This document shows positions 4,696-7,498 of a stretch of DNA of 7,498 bases, in pieces. The translations under genes were made by a program, and so were the position numbers. The stretch lies in assembly GCA_031256725.1 (NCBI GenBank), contig JAIRQE010000002.1, forward strand, positions 1 through 7,498. Reading direction: 5' to 3'. This DNA comes from Propionibacteriaceae bacterium (GTDB taxonomy: Bacteria > Actinomycetota > Actinomycetes > Propionibacteriales > Propionibacteriaceae). The notes under the pieces were generated by a model that saw nothing but the letters and a program-made list of their open reading frames with translations, was not told the origin of the DNA and ran no database searches. Each line of letters opens with the position of its first letter. Position 1 is the first letter of the stretch.

Positions 4696-5613
4696 CTAAT
4701 ACAAGACCTTCGCTAGAGCATCCACAGCAGGAAGGCAGTGCCAGAATTGGTGGCCCAAACCGGCCACAGTCGCCGTTGTACCTCGAATCTTTCTGGCAGC
4801 TAAACGTGAGCTGAGGGAAGTGAAAGAATCCTGGGGGCACAACTTGGATACAGATCCACGCACAAGATGTGTAGTCGGCAGGGTAAGATCCTCCAGGCGT
4901 ACCCCTGTGTCATCCCCTGAAAGCATGGTGACTGAGGCTAGGAAGTCTGGGAAGATGTAGCGAATCGAGGGTTCCTTGAACTGCTGGATGCTCGCCTTTC
5001 GTACCCAGGAACTCGGATAATTGGGGGGCACAGTCTTGAGGAGACGTACATAATCTGCCGCATTATGGAAAGCCAGACGCCCAATGGAACGCATAGCCAA
5101 GGTGACTGGTTCCATGAAGGTAACCTGGGAGACCTCATAGGAGGCCTGGACCGCAGGAAGTACGGCCGCAGCAAGGGAGCAGCCCGTGGAGAAGGCTAAA
5201 ACATCGACAGTACTATCACCATCAATATCAACAGCCTCAATGGCAGCATTGAGATAGGACAGGGTGAGCAGGCCCCAGGAAGAGGGATCACCATCAAGGA
5301 GGTCCTGGCGTACCGCAGTGGAAAGAGGCTGACCATAGCGAGAGAACCCAGGAAGTTCACAGGTCACAATGATGCGACGACTATGCGCAGCCCATACCGC
5401 TAGTTTGGCTGCCTCCCACGGGCCCATGGCTTGGTTAAATCCAATAAAATGCAGGGTGATGCCCAGGGGGTTATCGGGGAAAGCGACTAAAGCATCAACG
5501 GGAGGAACCCCCCTGGGAGCAACAGTGATGCGGCGTACACGACCACGAGGTTGTTCGATAGCAGAAAGAATGGGTACTGTGATGGTTTCTAGGCGGCGCA
5601 ACGAGGTCTCCAT
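4696..5613 (-). CDS. Uncharacterised alpha/beta-hydrolase-fold protein (305 aa)
   Basis: Long ORF with normal amino-acid composition. Motif order fits the alpha/beta hydrolase fold: LHFIGFN (oxyanion-hole region, aa 54-60), nucleophile elbow VLAFSTGCS (A-F-S-T-G; Ser142 codon 5188-5190), acidic residue in PQDS (aa 260-263), and GLGHQFW (His288) near the C-terminus. ATG at 5611-5613 has only a weak or distant G-rich RBS. Stop at 4696-4698. The family call is from motif reading only, with no homology search. Confidence 0.65.
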   Translation of the reverse strand: METSLRRLETITVPILSAIEQPRGRVRRITVAPRGVPPVDALVAFPDNPLGITLHFIGFNQAMGPWEAAKLAVWAAHSRRIIVTCELPGFSRYGQPLSTAVRQDLLDGDPSSWGLLTLSYLNAAIEAVDIDGDSTVDVLAFSTGCSLAAAVLPAVQASYEVSQVTFMEPVTLAMRSIGRLAFHNAADYVRLLKTVPPNYPSSWVRKASIQQFKEPSIRYIFPDFLASVTMLSGDDTGVRLEDLTLPTTHLVRGSVSKLCPQDSFTSLSSRLAARKIRGTTATVAGLGHQFWHCLPAVDALAKVLY

Positions 5614-5774
5614 GACAAAAGTCTACCCCCATTAATTGAGGGGCCGGTTCGACTTTGACGTTTTCGTGTCAGGAGGGACAGGTTAACACCCTTTCCCTGT
5701 CAGCTACTGAGGTAGGTGGAGAATTTCTGGAAGAATAGGTACACCGCCACAGTGGCGGCTCGGGAAGGAAAGCA

Positions 5775-7498
5775 ATGCCTGGTACTAACCTCACACGTGT
5801 GGAAGCGGAAGAGCGAGCGGGGATGCTCGCTGTACATTCCTATGAGATCAATCTTGACCTCACGGGTGGGGGGGAATACTTTAATTCGACGACTACGATT
5901 CGTTTTTCGTGTAGCCAGCCAGGGACTTCGACCTTTGTGGATCTGATTGCTCCCGAGGTACGTCGGGTGGCACTCAATGGGGTGGAGCTTGACCCGACGG
6001 TGGTTTTTGAGGATTCACGGATCACGCTGGAAGGATTAGAGCCAGAGAACACGGTGGTCGTGGAAGCTCTGGCGGAGTACTCCCACACGGGGGAGGGGTT
6101 GCATCGGTTCACTGATCCGGTGGATTCGAAGACCTATACATATTCCCAGGCTGAGGTTGCGGATGCTCGCAGGATCTTTGCTTGCTTTGAGCAGCCTGAC
6201 CTGAAATCGCGGTTCACCTTCCATGTGGTGGCCCCAGCCGACTGGACGATCATCTCCAATCAGCCCACTCCACAGCCTCAGGTTGATGGGGATAAGGCCA
6301 CATGGGTTTTTGCTGAAACCCCCATCATGTCCACATATCTTGTTGCGATCATTGGCGGGCCTTACGCGCGGTGGATCGACTCCTATCTGTCCACTGATGG
6401 TCGTGTGGTTCCCCTGGGTCTGTTCGTGAGGGAATCCATGGCGCAGTACATGGATGCCGACGAGATCTTCGACATCACCCGTCGCGGATTCGAGTTCTTT
6501 GAATCCGCCTTCGAGGTTGCGTACCCGTATGAGAAATACGATCAGATCTTTGTTCCACAGTACAACGCGGGAGCGATGGAAAACATTGGTGCTGTGACCC
6601 TGACCGAGGATCGCTACATCTTTAGGTCCAAGCCGGTTGAGGCCCTTGTTGCGGCTCGGGCGAACACGATCCTCCATGAGCAGGCCCACATGTGGTTTGG
6701 GAACCTTGTCACGATGAAGTGGTGGAATGATCTGTGGCTCAATGAGTCCTTTGCTGAGTTCATGAGCCACCTGGCTGCTTCATCGAACACCCGCTGGACT
6801 GATGCGTGGACCGACTTCCTGGCTTCACGCAAGATGGTGGGGTACCAGCAGGATCAGCTTCCCACGACCCATCCGATTGTTGCTGAGATTCGTGACCTTG
6901 CTGATGTGTTCGTCAACTTCGACATGATCACGTACGCCAAGGGTGCATCTGTACTACGCCAACTCGTCGCCTGGGTGGGCCAGGAATCCTTCCTGAAGGG
7001 TGTCCACAACTACCTCATTAAGTACGCGGAATCCAATGCAACCCTGGAAGACTTCCTCGCCGAGGTTGGTCAGGCATCAGGGCGTGACCTGAAAGCCTGG
7101 TCGAAAGTATGGCTGGAGGAGGCTGGGGTCACAACCCTGCGTCCGTTGGTTGTCGCCAACTCGGAGGGTGTTTATGTCAAGGGCGGGATCACTCAGGAGG
7201 CTGCCAAGGTCTATACCCGTTTCAGCGAGATCCCCCACAGGGACCTTCCTGAGATTACGGTGAACCCCAGTCTGCGTCCCCACCACATTGCGGTCGCTGG
7301 CTATAACCTCATTGACAAGGGTTTGGTACGTTCGTGGTCCTATGAGGTCGATATTGCTGGTGAGTCCACAGATATTGATGAGTTGACTGGGCAGGTGATC
7401 CCAGACCTGTTGATCATCAATGATGGAGACCTCACCTATGCGAAGATCCGACTGGATAAGGGAAGTCAGGCGGCTTTGCCTCGGCTGATTACTAAGAT
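5775..7498 (+). CDS. pepN: Aminopeptidase N (M1 family zinc metallopeptidase), N-terminal ~574 aa, 3'-truncated by the window edge
   Basis: Absent from the supplied ORF track because it has no stop in the window. Frame 3 is open from 5739 to 7498. ATG at 5775 is the first start after the in-frame TAG at 5736-5738, with GAAGGA (5764-5769) 5 nt upstream. Translation begins MPGTNLTRVEAEERAGML. It contains the exopeptidase motif GAMEN (6570-6584) and the zinc site HEQAH (6675-6689) followed 18 residues later by the Glu of NESFAE (6744-6746). Confidence 0.93.
   Translation, partial: MPGTNLTRVEAEERAGMLAVHSYEINLDLTGGGEYFNSTTTIRFSCSQPGTSTFVDLIAPEVRRVALNGVELDPTVVFEDSRITLEGLEPENTVVVEALAEYSHTGEGLHRFTDPVDSKTYTYSQAEVADARRIFACFEQPDLKSRFTFHVVAPADWTIISNQPTPQPQVDGDKATWVFAETPIMSTYLVAIIGGPYARWIDSYLSTDGRVVPLGLFVRESMAQYMDADEIFDITRRGFEFFESAFEVAYPYEKYDQIFVPQYNAGAMENIGAVTLTEDRYIFRSKPVEALVAARANTILHEQAHMWFGNLVTMKWWNDLWLNESFAEFMSHLAASSNTRWTDAWTDFLASRKMVGYQQDQLPTTHPIVAEIRDLADVFVNFDMITYAKGASVLRQLVAWVGQESFLKGVHNYLIKYAESNATLEDFLAEVGQASGRDLKAWSKVWLEEAGVTTLRPLVVANSEGVYVKGGITQEAAKVYTRFSEIPHRDLPEITVNPSLRPHHIAVAGYNLIDKGLVRSWSYEVDIAGESTDIDELTGQVIPDLLIINDGDLTYAKIRLDKGSQAALPRLITK

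Noticed and set aside
5641-5665. GGTTCGA motifs (here and at 2889-2897) resembling a tRNA T-loop
   Set aside because: The flanking bases cannot form a T-stem, and no acceptor or anticodon arms can be drawn. These are not tRNAs.
5933-5941. Additional DnaA-box-like 9-mers outside the spacer, e.g. TGTGGATCT at 5933-5941
   Set aside because: This one has two mismatches, is isolated, and lies inside the pepN coding sequence. That is what chance would produce.
6036-6770. 244-aa minus-strand ORF, plus 5840-6112, 6614-6832 and 7077-7286 (-) and 5716-5946 and 6223-6429 (+)
   Set aside because: All lie inside or antisense to the pepN reading frame, which carries unmistakable M1 peptidase motifs (GAMEN, HEQAH-X18-E). 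Their translations are low-complexity and Arg/Pro/Gly-rich, as expected for shadow ORFs in GC-biased DNA. None has a plausible RBS.

Overview
This is a 7.5-kb chromosomal window that looks actinobacterial (Actinomycetota) with moderate GC content. The taxon is inferred from three things: a DUF348-G5 cell-wall hydrolase architecture, a PepN N-terminus MPGTNLTR typical of actinobacterial PepN, and GTG/TTG start usage. I support six protein-coding genes. (1) The 3' part of a surface protein with tandem bacterial Ig-like domains and a sorting-signal-like tail (1-840, +). (2) An RpfB-architecture cell-wall hydrolase with DUF348 x3, a G5 domain and a lytic-transglycosylase-like domain (1166-2329, -). 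(3) A 72-aa CopZ-like heavy-metal-binding protein (2437-2655, -). (4) The replicative helicase DnaB (3309-4694, +). (5) An uncharacterised alpha/beta-hydrolase-fold protein (4696-5613, -). (6) The 5' part of M1 aminopeptidase N (5775-7498, +). The pepN ORF is missing from the supplied ORF track because it runs off the window without a stop codon; I found it by reading frame 3. The long antisense ORFs listed across that span are shadow ORFs. I saw no tRNA, rRNA, CRISPR array, transposase or integrase. The most interesting non-coding signal is in the unusually long 653-bp divergent spacer between the copZ-like gene and dnaB. It carries four perfect TTATCCACA DnaA boxes, two one-mismatch boxes and several weaker ones within about 290 bp. 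These include an 11-bp-phased tandem pair and a 23-bp palindromic pair. This is an oriC-like, DnaA-titration or DnaA-regulated-promoter element next to the helicase gene. Secondary observations are a degenerate VVKTG sorting motif, a structured 325-bp convergent spacer (two hairpins plus a (G/T)TGATG repeat array), palindromes upstream of the hydrolase gene, and a 1-nt convergent junction between dnaB and the alpha/beta hydrolase gene.
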